From: Eledone cirrhosa
Lineage: Eukaryota
Assembly: GCA_964016885.1 (NCBI GenBank)
Contig: OZ024743.1
Location: forward strand, 280,302,001-280,366,000
Reading direction: 5' to 3'
DNA length: 64,000 bases
This document shows, one piece after another, positions 27,401 through 42,400 of the stretch. The notes beneath the pieces were generated by a model. It searched no databases and was not told the DNA's origin. It saw nothing but the letters and a program-made list of their open reading frames with translations. The translations under genes were made by a program, and so were the position numbers. Each line of letters starts with the position of its first letter. Position 1 is the first letter of the stretch.

Positions 27401-30400
27401 GTATTAATATATTTGGTAATGTTGGGTATAGTAATAGTGTTTGTATTAATGTATGTGGTAATGTTGGGTATAGTAATGGTGTTTGTATTAATGTATGTGG
27501 TAATGTTGGGTATAGTAATGGTGTTTGTATTAATATATTTGGTAATGTTGGGTATAGTAATAGTGTTTGTATTAATATATGTGGTAATGTTGGGTATAGT
27601 AATGGTGTTTGTATAAATATATTTGGTAATGTTGGGTATAGTAATAGTGTTTGTATTAATGTATGTGGTAATGTTGGGTATAGTAATGGTGTTTGTATTA
27701 ATGTATGTGGTAATGTTGGGTATAGTAATGGTGTTTGTATTAATATATGTGGTAATGTTGGGTATAGTAATGGTGTTTGTATTAATGTATGTGGTAATGT
27801 TGGGTGTAGTAATGGTGTTTGTATTAATGTATGTGGTAATGTTGGGTGTAGTAATGGTGTTTGTATTAATGTATGTGGTAATGTTGGGTGTAGTAATGGT
27901 GTTTGTATTAATGTATGTAGTAATGTTGGGTATAGTAATAGTGTTTGTATTAATGTATGTGGTAATGTTGGGTATAGTAATAGTGTTTGTATTAATATAT
28001 GTGGTAATGTTGGGTATAGTAATGGTGTTTGTATTAATGTATGTGGTAATGTTGAGTATAGTAATGGTGTTTGTATTAATATATGTGGTAATGTTGTGTA
28101 TAGTAATGGTGTTTGTATTAATATATGTGGTAATGTTGGGTATAGTAATGGTGTTTGTATTAATATATGTGGTAATGTTGGGTATAGTAATGGTGTTTGT
28201 ATTAATATATGTGGTAATGTTGTGTATAGTAATGGTGTTTGTATTAATGTATGTGGTAATGTTGGGTATAGTAATGGTGTTTGTATTAATGTATGTGGTA
28301 ATGTTGGGTATAGTAATAGTGTTTGTATTAATATATGTGGTAATGTTGTGTATAGTAATGGTGTTTGTATTAATGTATGTAGTAATGTTAGGTATAGTAA
28401 TGGTGTTTGTATTAATATATGTGGTAATGTTGGGTATAGTAATGGTGTTTGTATTAATATATGTGGTAATGTTGGGTATAGTAATGGTGTTTGTATTAAT
28501 GTATGTGGTAATGTTGGGTATAGTAATGGTGTTTGTATTAATATATTTGGTTATGTTGGGTATAGTAATAGTGTTTGTATTAATGTATGTGGTAATGTTG
28601 GGTATAGTAATGGTGTTTGTATTAATATATTTGGTAATGTTGGGTATAGTAATAGTGTTTGTATTAATGTATGTGGTAATGTTGGGTATAGTAATGGTGT
28701 TTGTATTAATGTATGTGGTAATGTTGGGTATAGTAATGGTGTTTGTATTAATATATTTGGCAATGTTGGGTATAGTAATAGTGTTTGTATTAATATATGT
28801 GGTAATGTTGGGTATAGTAATGGTGTTTGTATAAATATATTTGGTAATGTTGGGTATAGTAATAGTGTTTGTATTAATGTATGTGGTAATGTTGGGTATA
28901 GTAATGGTGTTTGTATTAATGTATGTGGTAATGTTGGGTATAGTAATGGTGTTTGTATTAATATATGTGGTAATGTTGGGTATAGTAATGGTGTTTGTAT
29001 TAATGTATGTGGTAATGTTGGGTGTAGTAATGGTGTTTGTATTAATGTATGTGGTAATGTTGGGTATAGTAATAGTGTTTGTATTAATGTATGTGGTAAT
29101 GTTGGGTATAGTAATAGTGTTTGTATTAATATATGTGGTAATGTTGGGTATAGTAATGGTGTTTGTATTAATGTATGTGGTAATGTTGGGTGTAGTAATG
29201 GTGTTTGTATTAATGTATGTAGTAATGTTGGGTATAGTAATAGTGTTTGTATTAATGTATGTGGTAATGTTGGGTATAGTAATAGTGTTTGTATTAATAT
29301 ATGTGGTAATGTTGGGTATAGTAATGGTGTTTGTATTAATATATGTGGTAATGTTGTGTATAGTAATGGTGTTTGTATTAATATATGTGGTAATGTTGGG
29401 TATAGTAATGGTGTTTGTATTAATATATGTGGTAATGTTGGGTATAGTAATGGTGTTTGTATTAATATATGTGGTAATGTTGTGTATAGTAATGGTGTTT
29501 GTATTAATGTATGTGGTAATGTTGGGTATAGTAATGGTGTTTGTATTAATGTATGTGGTAATGTTGGGTATAGTAATAGTGTTTGTATTAATATATGTGG
29601 TAATGTTGTGTATAGTAATGGTGTTTGTATTAATGTATGTAGTAATGTTAGGTATAGTAATGGTGTTTGTATTAATATATGTGGTAATGTTGGGTATAGT
29701 AATGGTGTTTGTATTAATATATGTGGTAATGTTGGGTATAGTAATGGTGTTTGTATTAATGTATGTGGTAATGTTGGGTATAGTAATGGTGTTTGTATTA
29801 ATATATTTGGTTATGTTGGGTATAGTAATAGTGTTTGTATTAATGTATGTGGTAATGTTGGGTATAGTAATGGTGTTTGTATTAATATATTTGGTAATGT
29901 TGGGTATAGTAATAGTGTTTGTATTAATGTATGTGGTAATGTTGGGTATAGTAATGGTGTTTGTATTAATGTATGTGGTAATGTTGGGTATAGTAATGGT
30001 GTTTGTATTAATATATTTGGCAATGTTGGGTATAGTAATAGTGTTTGTATTAATATATGTGGTAATGTTGGGTATAGTAATGGTGTTTGTATAAATATAT
30101 TTGGTAATGTTGGGTATAGTAATAGTGTTTGTATTAATGTATGTGGTAATGTTGGGTATAGTAATGGTGTTTGTATTAATGTATGTGGTAATGTTGGGTA
30201 TAGTAATGGTGTTTGTATTAATATATGTGGTAATGTTGGGTATAGTAATGGTGTTTGTATTAATGTATGTGGTAATGTTGGGTGTAGTAATGGTGTTTGT
30301 ATTAATGTATGTGGTAATGTTGGGTATAGTAATAGTGTTTGTATTAATGTATGTGGTAATGTTGGGTATAGTAATAGTGTTTGTATTAATATATGTGGTA

Positions 30401-33400
30401 ATGTTGGGTATAGTAATGGTGTTTGTATTAATGTATGTGGTAATGTTGGGTGTAGTAATGGTGTTTGTATTAATGTATGTAGTAATGTTGGGTATAGTAA
30501 TAGTGTTTGTATTAATGTATGTGGTAATGTTGGGTATAGTAATAGTGTTTGTATTAATATATGTGGTAATGTTGGGTATAGTAATGGTGTTTGTATTAAT
30601 ATATGTGGTAATGTTGTGTATAGTAATGGTGTTTGTATTAATATATGTGGTAATGTTGGGTATAGTAATGGTGTTTGTATTAATATATGTGGTAATGTTG
30701 GGTATAGTAATGGTGTTTGTATTAATATATGTGGTAATGTTGTGTATAGTAATGGTGTTTGTATTAATGTATGTGGTAATGTTGGGTATAGTAATGGTGT
30801 TTGTATTAATGTATGTGGTAATGTTGGGTATAGTAATAGTGTTTGTATTAATATATGTGGTAATGTTGTGTATAGTAATGGTGTTTGTATTAATGTATGT
30901 AGTAATGTTAGGTATAGTAATGGTGTTTGTATTAATATATGTGGTAATGTTGGGTATAGTAATGGTGTTTGTATTAATATATGTGGTAATGTTGGGTATA
31001 GTAATGGTGTTTGTATTAATGTATGTGGTAATGTTGGGTATAGTAATGGTGTTTGTATTAATATATTTGGTTATGTTGGGTATAGTAATAGTGTTTGTAT
31101 TAATGTATGTGGTAATGTTGGGTATAGTAATGGTGTTTGTATTAATATATTTGGTAATGTTGGGTATAGTAATAGTGTTTGTATTAATGTATGTGGTAAT
31201 GTTGGGTATAGTAATGGTGTTTGTATTAATGTATGTGGTAATGTTGGGTATAGTAATGGTGTTTGTATTAATATATTTGGTAATGTTGGGTATAGTAATA
31301 GTGTTTGTATTAATATATGTGGTAATGTTGGGTATAGTAATGGTGTTTGTATAAATATATTTGGTAATGTTGGGTATAGTAATAGTGTTTGTATTAATGT
31401 ATGTGGTAATGTTGGGTATAGTAATGGTGTTTGTATTAATGTATGTGGTAATGTTGGGTATAGTAATGGTGTTTGTATTAATATATGTGGTAATGTTGGG
31501 TATAGTAATGGTGTTTGTATTAATGTATGTGGTAATGTTGGGTGTAGTAATGGTGTTTGTATTAATGTATGTGGTAATGTTGGGTGTAGTAATGGTGTTT
31601 GTATTAATGTATGTGGTAATGTTGGGTGTAGTAATGGTGTTTGTATTAATGTATGTAGTAATGTTGGGTATAGTAATAGTGTTTGTATTAATGTATGTGG
31701 TAATGTTGGGTATAGTAATAGTGTTTGTATTAATATATGTGGTAATGTTGGGTATAGTAATGGTGTTTGTATTAATGTATGTGGTAATGTTGAGTATAGT
31801 AATGGTGTTTGTATTAATATATGTGGTAATGTTGTGTATAGTAATGGTGTTTGTATTAATATATGTGGTAATGTTGGGTATAGTAATGGTGTTTGTATTA
31901 ATATATGTGGTAATGTTGGGTATAGTAATGGTGTTTGTATTAATATATGTGGTAATGTTGTGTATAGTAATGGTGTTTGTATTAATGTATGTGGTAATGT
32001 TGGGTATAGTAATGGTGTTTGTATTAATGTATGTGGTAATGTTGGGTATAGTAATAGTGTTTGTATTAATATATGTGGTAATGTTGTGTATAGTAATGGT
32101 GTTTGTATTAATGTATGTAGTAATGTTAGGTATAGTAATGGTGTTTGTATTAATATATGTGGTAATGTTGGGTATAGTAATGGTGTTTGTATTAATATAT
32201 GTGGTAATGTTGGGTATAGTAATGGTGTTTGTATTAATGTATGTGGTAATGTTGGGTATAGTAATGGTGTTTGTATTAATATATTTGGTTATGTTGGGTA
32301 TAGTAATAGTGTTTGTATTAATGTATGTGGTAATGTTGGGTATAGTAATGGTGTTTGTATTAATATATTTGGTAATGTTGGGTATAGTAATAGTGTTTGT
32401 ATTAATGTATGTGGTAATGTTGGGTATAGTAATGGTGTTTGTATTAATGTATGTGGTAATGTTGGGTATAGTAATGGTGTTTGTATTAATATATTTGGCA
32501 ATGTTGGGTATAGTAATAGTGTTTGTATTAATATATGTGGTAATGTTGGGTATAGTAATGGTGTTTGTATAAATATATTTGGTAATGTTGGGTATAGTAA
32601 TAGTGTTTGTATTAATGTATGTGGTAATGTTGGGTATAGTAATGGTGTTTGTATTAATGTATGTGGTAATGTTGGGTATAGTAATGGTGTTTGTATTAAT
32701 ATATGTGGTAATGTTGGGTATAGTAATGGTGTTTGTATTAATGTATGTGGTAATGTTGGGTGTAGTAATGGTGTTTGTATTAATGTATGTGGTAATGTTG
32801 GGTGTAGTAATGGTGTTTGTATTAATGTATGTGGTAATGTTGGGTGTAGTAATGGTGTTTGTATTAATGTATGTAGTAATGTTGGGTATAGTAATAGTGT
32901 TTGTATTAATGTATGTGGTAATGTTGGGTATAGTAATAGTGTTTGTATTAATATATGTGGTAATGTTGGGTATAGTAATGGTGTTTGTATTAATGTATGT
33001 GGTAATGTTGGGTATAGTAATGGTGTTTGTATTAATATATGTGGTAATGTTGTGTATAGTAATGGTGTTTGTATTAATATATGTGGTAATGTTGGGTATA
33101 GTAATGGTGTTTGTATTAATATATGTGGTAATGTTGGGTATAGTAATGGTGTTTGTATTAATATATGTGGTAATGTTGGGTATAGTAATGGTGTTTGTAT
33201 TAATATATGTGGTAATGTTAGGTATAGTAATGGTTTTTGTATTAATATATGTGGTAATGTGGGGTATAGAAATGGTGTTTGTATTAATATATGTGGTAAT
33301 GTTGGGTATAGTAATGGTGTTTGTATTAATGTATCTGGTAATGTGGGTATAGTAATGGTGTTTGTATTAATATATGTGGTAATGTTGGGTATAGTAATAG

Positions 33401-36400
33401 TGTTTGTATTAACGTATGTGGTAATGTTGGGTATAGTAATAGTGTTTGTATTAATATATGTGGTAATGTTGGGTATAGTAAATGGTGTTTGTATTAATGT
33501 ATGTGGTAATGTTGGGTATAGTAATGGTGTTTGTATTATTGTATGTGGTAATGTTGGGTATAGTAATAGTGGTTGTATTAATATATGTGGTAATGTTGGG
33601 TATAGTAATGGTGTTTGTATTAATGTATGTGGTAATGTTGGGTATAGTAATGGTGTTGTATTAACGTATGTGGTAATGTTGGGTATAGTAATGGTGTTTG
33701 TATTAATGTATGTGGTAATGTTGGGTATAGTAATAGTGTTTGTATTAATATATGTGGTAATGTTGGGTATAGTAATGGTGTTTGTATTAATGTATGTAGT
33801 AATGTTGGGTATAGTAATAGTGTTTGTATTAATGTATGTGGTAATGTTGGGTATAGTAATGGTGTTTGTATTAATGTATGTGGTAATGTTGTGTATAGTA
33901 ATGGTGTTTGTATTAATGTATGTGGTAATGTTGGGTATAGTAATAGTGTTTGTATTAATATATGTGGTAATGTTGGGTATAGTAATGGTGTTTGTATTAA
34001 TGTATGTGGTAATGTTGTGTATAGTAATGGTGTTTGTATTAATATATGTGGTAATGTTGTGTATAGTAATGGTGTTTGTATTAATATATGTGGTAATGTT
34101 GGGTATAGTAATGGTGTTTGTATTAATGTATGTGGTAATGTTGGGTATAGTAATGGTGTTTGTATTAATGTATGTGGTAATGTTGGGTATAGTAATGGTG
34201 TTTGTATTAATGTATGTGGTAATGTTGGGTATAGTAATGGTGTTTGTATTAATGTATGTGGTAATGTTGTGTATAGTAATGGTGTTTGTATTAATATATG
34301 TGGTAATGTTGGGTATAGTAATGGTGTTTGTATTAATATATGTGGTAATGTTGGGTATAGTAATGGTGTTTGTATTAATATATGTGGTAATGCTGGGTAT
34401 AGTAATTGTGTTTGTATTAATATATGTGGTAATGTTGTGTATAGTAATGGTGTTTGTATTAATGTATGTGGTAATGTTGGGTATAGTAATGGTGTTTGTA
34501 TTAATATATTTGGTAATGTTGGGTATAGTAATAGTGTTTGTATTAATGTATGTGGTAATGTTGGGTATAGTAATAGTGTTTGTATTAATGTATGTGGTAA
34601 TGTTAGGTATAGTAATGGTGTTTGTATTAATATATGTGGTAATGTTGGGTATAGTAATGGTGTTTGTATTAATGTATGTGGTAATGTTGTGTATAGTAAT
34701 GGTGTTTGTATTAATGTATGTGGTAATGTTGGGTATAGTAATGGTGTTTGTATTAATATATTTGGTTATGTTGGGTATAGTAATAGTGTTTGTATTAATG
34801 TATGTGGTAATGTTGGGTATAGTAATGGTGTTTGTATTAATATATTTGGTAATGTTGGGTATAGTAATAGTGTTTGTATTAATGTATGTGGTAATGTTGG
34901 GTATAGTAATGGTGTTTGTATTAATGTATGTGGTAATGTTGGGTATAGTAATGGTGTTTGTATTAATATATTTGGTAATGTTGGGTATAGTAATAGTGTT
35001 TGTATTAATATATGTGGTAATGTTGGGTATAGTAATGGTGTTTGTATAAATATATTTGGTAATGTTGGGTATAGTAATAGTGTTTGTATTAATGTATGTG
35101 GTAATGTTGGGTATAGTAATGGTGTTTGTATTAATGTATGTGGTAATGTTGGGTATAGTAATGGTGTTTGTATTAATATATGTGGTAATGTTGGGTATAG
35201 TAATGGTGTTTGTATTAATGTATGTGGTAATGTTGGGTGTAGTAATGGTGTTTGTATTAATGTATGTGGTAATGTTGGGTGTAGTAATGGTGTTTGTATT
35301 AATGTATGTGGTAATGTTGGGTGTAGTAATGGTGTTTGTATTAATGTATGTAGTAATGTTGGGTATAGTAATAGTGTTTGTATTAATGTATGTGGTAATG
35401 TTGGGTATAGTAATAGTGTTTGTATTAATATATGTGGTAATGTTGGGTATAGTAATGGTGTTTGTATTAATGTATGTGGTAATGTTGGGTATAGTAATGG
35501 TGTTTGTATTAATATATGTGGTAATGTTGTGTATAGTAATGGTGTTTGTATTAATATATGTGGTAATGTTGGGTATAGTAATGGTGTTTGTATTAATATA
35601 TGTGGTAATGTTGGGTATAGTAATGGTGTTTGTATTAATATATGTGGTAATGTTGTGTATAGTAATGGTGTTTGTATTAATGTATGTGGTAATGTTGGGT
35701 ATAGTAATGGTGTTTGTATTAATGTATGTGGTAATGTTGGGTATAGTAATAGTGTTTGTATTAATATATGTGGTAATGTTGTGTATAGTAATGGTGTTTG
35801 TATTAATGTATGTAGTAATGTTAGGTATAGTAATGGTGTTTGTATTAATATATGTGGTAATGTTGGGTATAGTAATGGTGTTTGTATTAATATATGTGGT
35901 AATGTTGGGTATAGTAATGGTGTTTGTATTAATGTATGTGGTAATGTTGGGTATAGTAATGGTGTTTGTATTAATATATTTGGTTATGTTGGGTATAGTA
36001 ATAGTGTTTGTATTAATGTATGTGGTAATGTTGGGTATAGTAATGGTGTTTGTATTAATATATTTGGTAATGTTGGGTATAGTAATAGTGTTTGTATTAA
36101 TGTATGTGGTAATGTTGGGTATAGTAATGGTGTTTGTATTAATGTATGTGGTAATGTTGGGTATAGTAATGGTGTTTGTATTAATATATTTGGTAATGTT
36201 GGGTATAGTAATAGTGTTTGTATTAATATATGTGGTAATGTTGGGTATAGTAATGGTGTTTGTATAAATATATTTGGTAATGTTGGGTATAGTAATAGTG
36301 TTTGTATTAATGTATGTGGTAATGTTGGGTATAGTAATGGTGTTTGTATTAATGTATGTGGTAATGTTGGGTATAGTAATGGTGTTTGTATTAATATATG

Positions 36401-39400
36401 TGGTAATGTTGGGTATAGTAATGGTGTTTGTATTAATGTATGTGGTAATGTTGGGTGTAGTAATGGTGTTTGTATTAATGTATGTGGTAATGTTGGGTGT
36501 AGTAATGGTGTTTGTATTAATGTATGTGGTAATGTTGGGTGTAGTAATGGTGTTTGTATTAATGTATGTAGTAATGTTGGGTATAGTAATAGTGTTTGTA
36601 TTAATGTATGTGGTAATGTTGGGTATAGTAATAGTGTTTGTATTAATATATGTGGTAATGTTGGGTATAGTAATGGTGTTTGTATTAATGTATGTGGTAA
36701 TGTTGGTTATAGTAATGGTGTTTGTATTAATATATGTGGTAATGTTGTGTATAGTAATGGTGTTTGTATTAATATATGTGGTAATGTTGGGTATAGTAAT
36801 GGTGTTTGTATTAATATATGTGGTAATGTTGGGTATAGTAATGTTGTTTGTATTAATATATGTGGTAATGTTGGGTATAGTAATGGTGTTTGTATTAATA
36901 TATGTGGTAATGTTAGGTATAGTAATGGTTTTTGTATTAATATATGTGGTAATGTGGGGTATAGTAATGGTGTTTGTATTTATATATGTGGTAATGTTGG
37001 GTATAGTAATGGTGTTTGTATTAATGTATGTGGTAATGTGGGTATAGTAATGGTGTTTGTATTAATATATGTGGTAATGTTGGGTATAGTAATGGTGTTT
37101 GTATTAATGTATGTGGTAATGTGGGTATAGTAATGGTGTTTGTATTAATATATGTGGTAATGTTAGGTATAGTAATGGTTTTTGTATTAATATATGTGGT
37201 AATGTTGGGTATAGTAATGGTGTTTGTATTAATGTATGTGGTAACGTTGGGTGTAGTAATAGTGTTTGTATTAATATATGTAGTAATGTTGGGTATAGTA
37301 ATGGTGTTTGTATTAATGTATGTGGTAATGTTGTGTATAGTAATGGTGTTTGTATTAATATATGTGGTAATGTTGTGAATAGTAATGGTGTTTGTATTAA
37401 TATATGTGGTAATGTTGGGTATAGTAATGGTGTTTGTATTAATGTATGTGGTAATGTTGGGTATAGTAATGGTGTTTGTATTAATGTATGTGGTAATGTT
37501 GGGTATAGTAATGGTGTTTGTATTAATGTATGTGGTAATGTTGGGTATAGTAATGGTGTTTGTATTAATGTATGTGGTAATGTTGTGTATAGTAATGTTG
37601 TTTGTATTAATATATGTGGTAATGTTGGGTATAGTAATGTTGTTTGTATTAATATATGTGGTAATGTTGGGTATAGTAATGGTGTTTGTATTAATATATG
37701 TGGTAATGCTGGGTATAGTAATTGTGTTTGTATTAATATATGTGGTAATGTTGTGTATAGTAATGGTGTTTGTATTAATGTATGTGGTAATGTTGGGTAT
37801 AGTAATAGTGTTTGTATTAATATATTTGGTAATGTTGGGTATAGTAATAGTGTTTGTATTAATGTATGTGGTAATGTTGAGTATAGTAATAGTGTTTGTA
37901 TTAATGTATGTGGTAATGTTAGGTATAGTAATGGTGTTTGTATTAATATATGTGGTAATGTTGGGTATAGTAATGGTGTTTGTATTAATGTATGTGGTAA
38001 TGTTGTGTATAGTAATGGTGTTTGTATTAATGTATGTGGTAATGTTGGGTATAGTAATGGTGTTTGTATTAATATATTTGGTTATGTTGGGTATAGTAAT
38101 AGTGTTTGTATTAATGTATGTGGTAATGTTGGGTATAGTAATGGTGTTTGTATTAATATATTTGGTAATGTTGGGTATAGTAATAGTGTTTGTATTAATG
38201 TATGTGGTAATGTTGGGTATAGTAATGGTGTTTGTATTAATGTATGTGGTAATGTTTGGTATAGTAATGGTGTTTGTATTAATATATTTGGTAATGTTGG
38301 GTATAGTAATAGTGTTTGTATTAATATATGTGGTAATGTTGGGTATAGTAATGGTGTTTGTATAAATATATTTGGTAATGTTGGGTATAGTAATAGTGTT
38401 TGTATTAATGTATGTGGTAATGTTGGGTATAGTAATGGTGTTTGTATTAATGTATGTGGTAATGTTGGGTATAGTAATGGTGTTTGTATTAATATATGTG
38501 GTAATGTTGGGTATAGTAATGGTGTTTGTATTAATGTATGTGGTAATGTTGGGTGTAGTAATGGTGTTTGTATTAATGTATGTGGTAATGTTGGGTGTAG
38601 TAATGGTGTTTGTATTAATGTATGTGGTAATGTTGGGTGTAGTAATGGTGTTTGTATTAATGTATGTAGTAATGTTGGGTATAGTAATAGTGTTTGTATT
38701 AATGTATGTGGTAATGTTGGGTATAGTAATAGTGTTTGTATTAATATATGTGGTAATGTTGGGTATAGTAATGGTGTTTGTATTAATGTATGTGGTAATG
38801 TTGGGTATAGTAATGGTGTTTGTATTAATATATGTGGTAATGTTGTGTATAGTAATGGTGTTTGTATTAATATATGTGGTAATGTTGGGTATAGTAATGG
38901 TGTTTGTATTAATATATGTGGTAATGTTGGGTATAGTAATGGTGTTTGTATTAATATATGTGGTAATGTTGTGTATAGTAATGGTGTTTGTATTAATGTA
39001 TGTGGTAATGTTGGGTATAGTAATGGTGTTTGTATTAATGTATGTGGTAATGTTGGGTATAGTAATAGTGTTTGTATTAATATATGTGGTAATGTTGTGT
39101 ATAGTAATGGTGTTTGTATTAATGTATGTAGTAATGTTAGGTATAGTAATGGTGTTTGTATTAATATATGTGGTAATGTTGGGTATAGTAATGGTGTTTG
39201 TATTAATATATGTGGTAATGTTGGGTATAGTAATGGTGTTTGTATTAATGTATGTGGTAATGTTGGGTATAGTAATGGTGTTTGTATTAATATATTTGGT
39301 TATGTTGGGTATAGTAATAGTGTTTGTATTAATGTATGTGGTAATGTTGGGTATAGTAATGGTGTTTGTATTAATATATTTGGTAATGTTGGGTATAGTA

Positions 39401-42400
39401 ATAGTGTTTGTATTAATGTATGTGGTAATGTTGGGTATAGTAATGGTGTTTGTATTAATGTATGTGGTAATGTTGGGTATAGTAATGGTGTTTGTATTAA
39501 TATATTTGGCAATGTTGGGTATAGTAATAGTGTTTGTATTAATATATGTGGTAATGTTGGGTATAGTAATGGTGTTTGTATAAATATATTTGGTAATGTT
39601 GGGTATAGTAATAGTGTTTGTATTAATGTATGTGGTAATGTTGGGTATAGTAATGGTGTTTGTATTAATGTATGTGGTAATGTTGGGTATAGTAATGGTG
39701 TTTGTATTAATATATGTGGTAATGTTGGGTATAGTAATGGTGTTTGTATTAATGTATGTGGTAATGTTGGGTGTAGTAATGGTGTTTGTATTAATGTATG
39801 TGGTAATGTTGGGTGTAGTAATGGTGTTTGTATTAATGTATGTGGTAATGTTGGGTGTAGTAATGGTGTTTGTATTAATGTATGTAGTAATGTTGGGTAT
39901 AGTAATAGTGTTTGTATTAATGTATGTGGTAATGTTGGGTATAGTAATAGTGTTTGTATTAATATATGTGGTAATGTTGGGTATAGTAATGGTGTTTGTA
40001 TTAATGTATGTGGTAATGTTGGGTATAGTAATGGTGTTTGTATTAATATATGTGGTAATGTTGTGTATAGTAATGGTGTTTGTATTAATATATGTGGTAA
40101 TGTTGGGTATAGTAATGGTGTTTGTATTAATATATGTGGTAATGTTGGGTATAGTAATGGTGTTTGTATTAATATATGTGGTAATGTTGTGTATAGTAAT
40201 GGTGTTTGTATTAATGTATGTGGTAATGTTGGGTATAGTAATGGTGTTTGTATTAATGTATGTGGTAATGTTGGGTATAGTAATGGTGTTTGTATTAATA
40301 TATGTGGTAATGTTGGGTATAGTAATGGTGTTTGTATTAATGTATGTGGTAATGTTGGGTGTAGTAATGGTGTTTGTATTAATGTATGTGGTAATGTTGG
40401 GTGTAGTAATGGTGTTTGTATTAATGTATGTGGTAATGTTGGGTGTAGTAATGGTGTTTGTATTAATGTATGTAGTAATGTTGGGTATAGTAATAGTGTT
40501 TGTATTAATGTATGTGGTAATGTTGGGTATAGTAATAGTGTTTGTATTAATATATGTGGTAATGTTGGGTATAGTAATGGTGTTTGTATTAATGTATGTG
40601 GTAATGTTGGGTATAGTAATGGTGTTTGTATTAATATATGTGGTAATGTTGTGTATAGTAATGGTGTTTGTATTAATATATGTGGTAATGTTGGGTATAG
40701 TAATGGTGTTTGTATTAATATATGTGGTAATGTTGGGTATAGTAATGGTGTTTGTATTAATATATGTGGTAATGTTGTGTATAGTAATGGTGTTTGTATT
40801 AATGTATGTGGTAATGTTGGGTATAGTAATGGTGTTTGTATTAATGTATGTGGTAATGTTGGGTATAGTAATAGTGTTTGTATTAATATATGTGGTAATG
40901 TTGTGTATAGTAATGGTGTTTGTATTAATGTATGTAGTAATGTTAGGTATAGTAATGGTGTTTGTATTAATATATGTGGTAATGTTGGGTATAGTAATGG
41001 TGTTTGTATTAATATATGTGGTAATGTTGGGTATAGTAATGGTGTTTGTATTAATGTATGTGGTAATGTTGGGTATAGTAATGGTGTTTGTATTAATATA
41101 TTTGGTTATGTTGGGTATAGTAATAGTGTTTGTATTAATGTATGTGGTAATGTTGGGTATAGTAATGGTGTTTGTATTAATATATTTGGTAATGTTGGGT
41201 ATAGTAATAGTGTTTGTATTAATGTATGTGGTAATGTTGGGTATAGTAATGGTGTTTGTATTAATGTATGTGGTAATGTTGGGTATAGTAATGGTGTTTG
41301 TATTAATATATTTGGTAATGTTGGGTATAGTAATAGTGTTTGTATTAATATATGTGGTAATGTTGGGTATAGTAATGGTGTTTGTATAAATATATTTGGT
41401 AATGTTGGGTATAGTAATAGTGTTTGTATTAATGTATGTGGTAATGTTGGGTATAGTAATGGTGTTTGTATTAATGTATGTGGTAATGTTGGGTATAGTA
41501 ATGGTGTTTGTATTAATATATGTGGTAATGTTGGGTATAGTAATGGTGTTTGTATTAATGTATGTGGTAATGTTGGGTGTAGTAATGGTGTTTGTATTAA
41601 TGTATGTGGTAATGTTGGGTGTAGTAATGGTGTTTGTATTAATGTATGTGGTAATGTTGGGTGTAGTAATGGTGTTTGTATTAATGTATGTAGTAATGTT
41701 GGGTATAGTAATAGTGTTTGTATTAATGTATGTGGTAATGTTGGGTATAGTAATAGTGTTTGTATTAATATATGTGGTAATGTTGGGTATAGTAATGGTG
41801 TTTGTATTAATGTATGTGGTAATGTTGGTTATAGTAATGGTGTTTGTATTAATATATGTGGTAATGTTGTGTATAGTAATGGTGTTTGTATTAATATATG
41901 TGGTAATGTTGGGTATAGTAATGGTGTTTGTATTAATATATGTGGTAATGTTGGGTATAGTAATGTTGTTTGTATTAATATATGTGGTAATGTTGGGTAT
42001 AGTAATGGTGTTTGTATTAATATATGTGGTAATGTTAGGTATAGTAATGGTTTTTGTATTAATATATGTGGTAATGTGGGGTATAGTAATGGTGTTTGTA
42101 TTTATATATGTGGTAATGTTGGGTATAGTAATGGTGTTTGTATTAATGTATGTGGTAATGTGGGTATAGTAATGGTGTTTGTATTAATATATGTGGTAAT
42201 GTTGGGTATAGTAATGGTGTTTGTATTAATGTATGTGGTAATGTGGGTATAGTAATGGTGTTTGTATTAATATATGTGGTAATGTTAGGTATAGTAATGG
42301 TTTTTGTATTAATATATGTGGTAATGTTGGGTATAGTAATGGTGTTTGTATTAATGTATGTGGTAACGTTGGGTGTAGTAATAGTGTTTGTATTAATATA

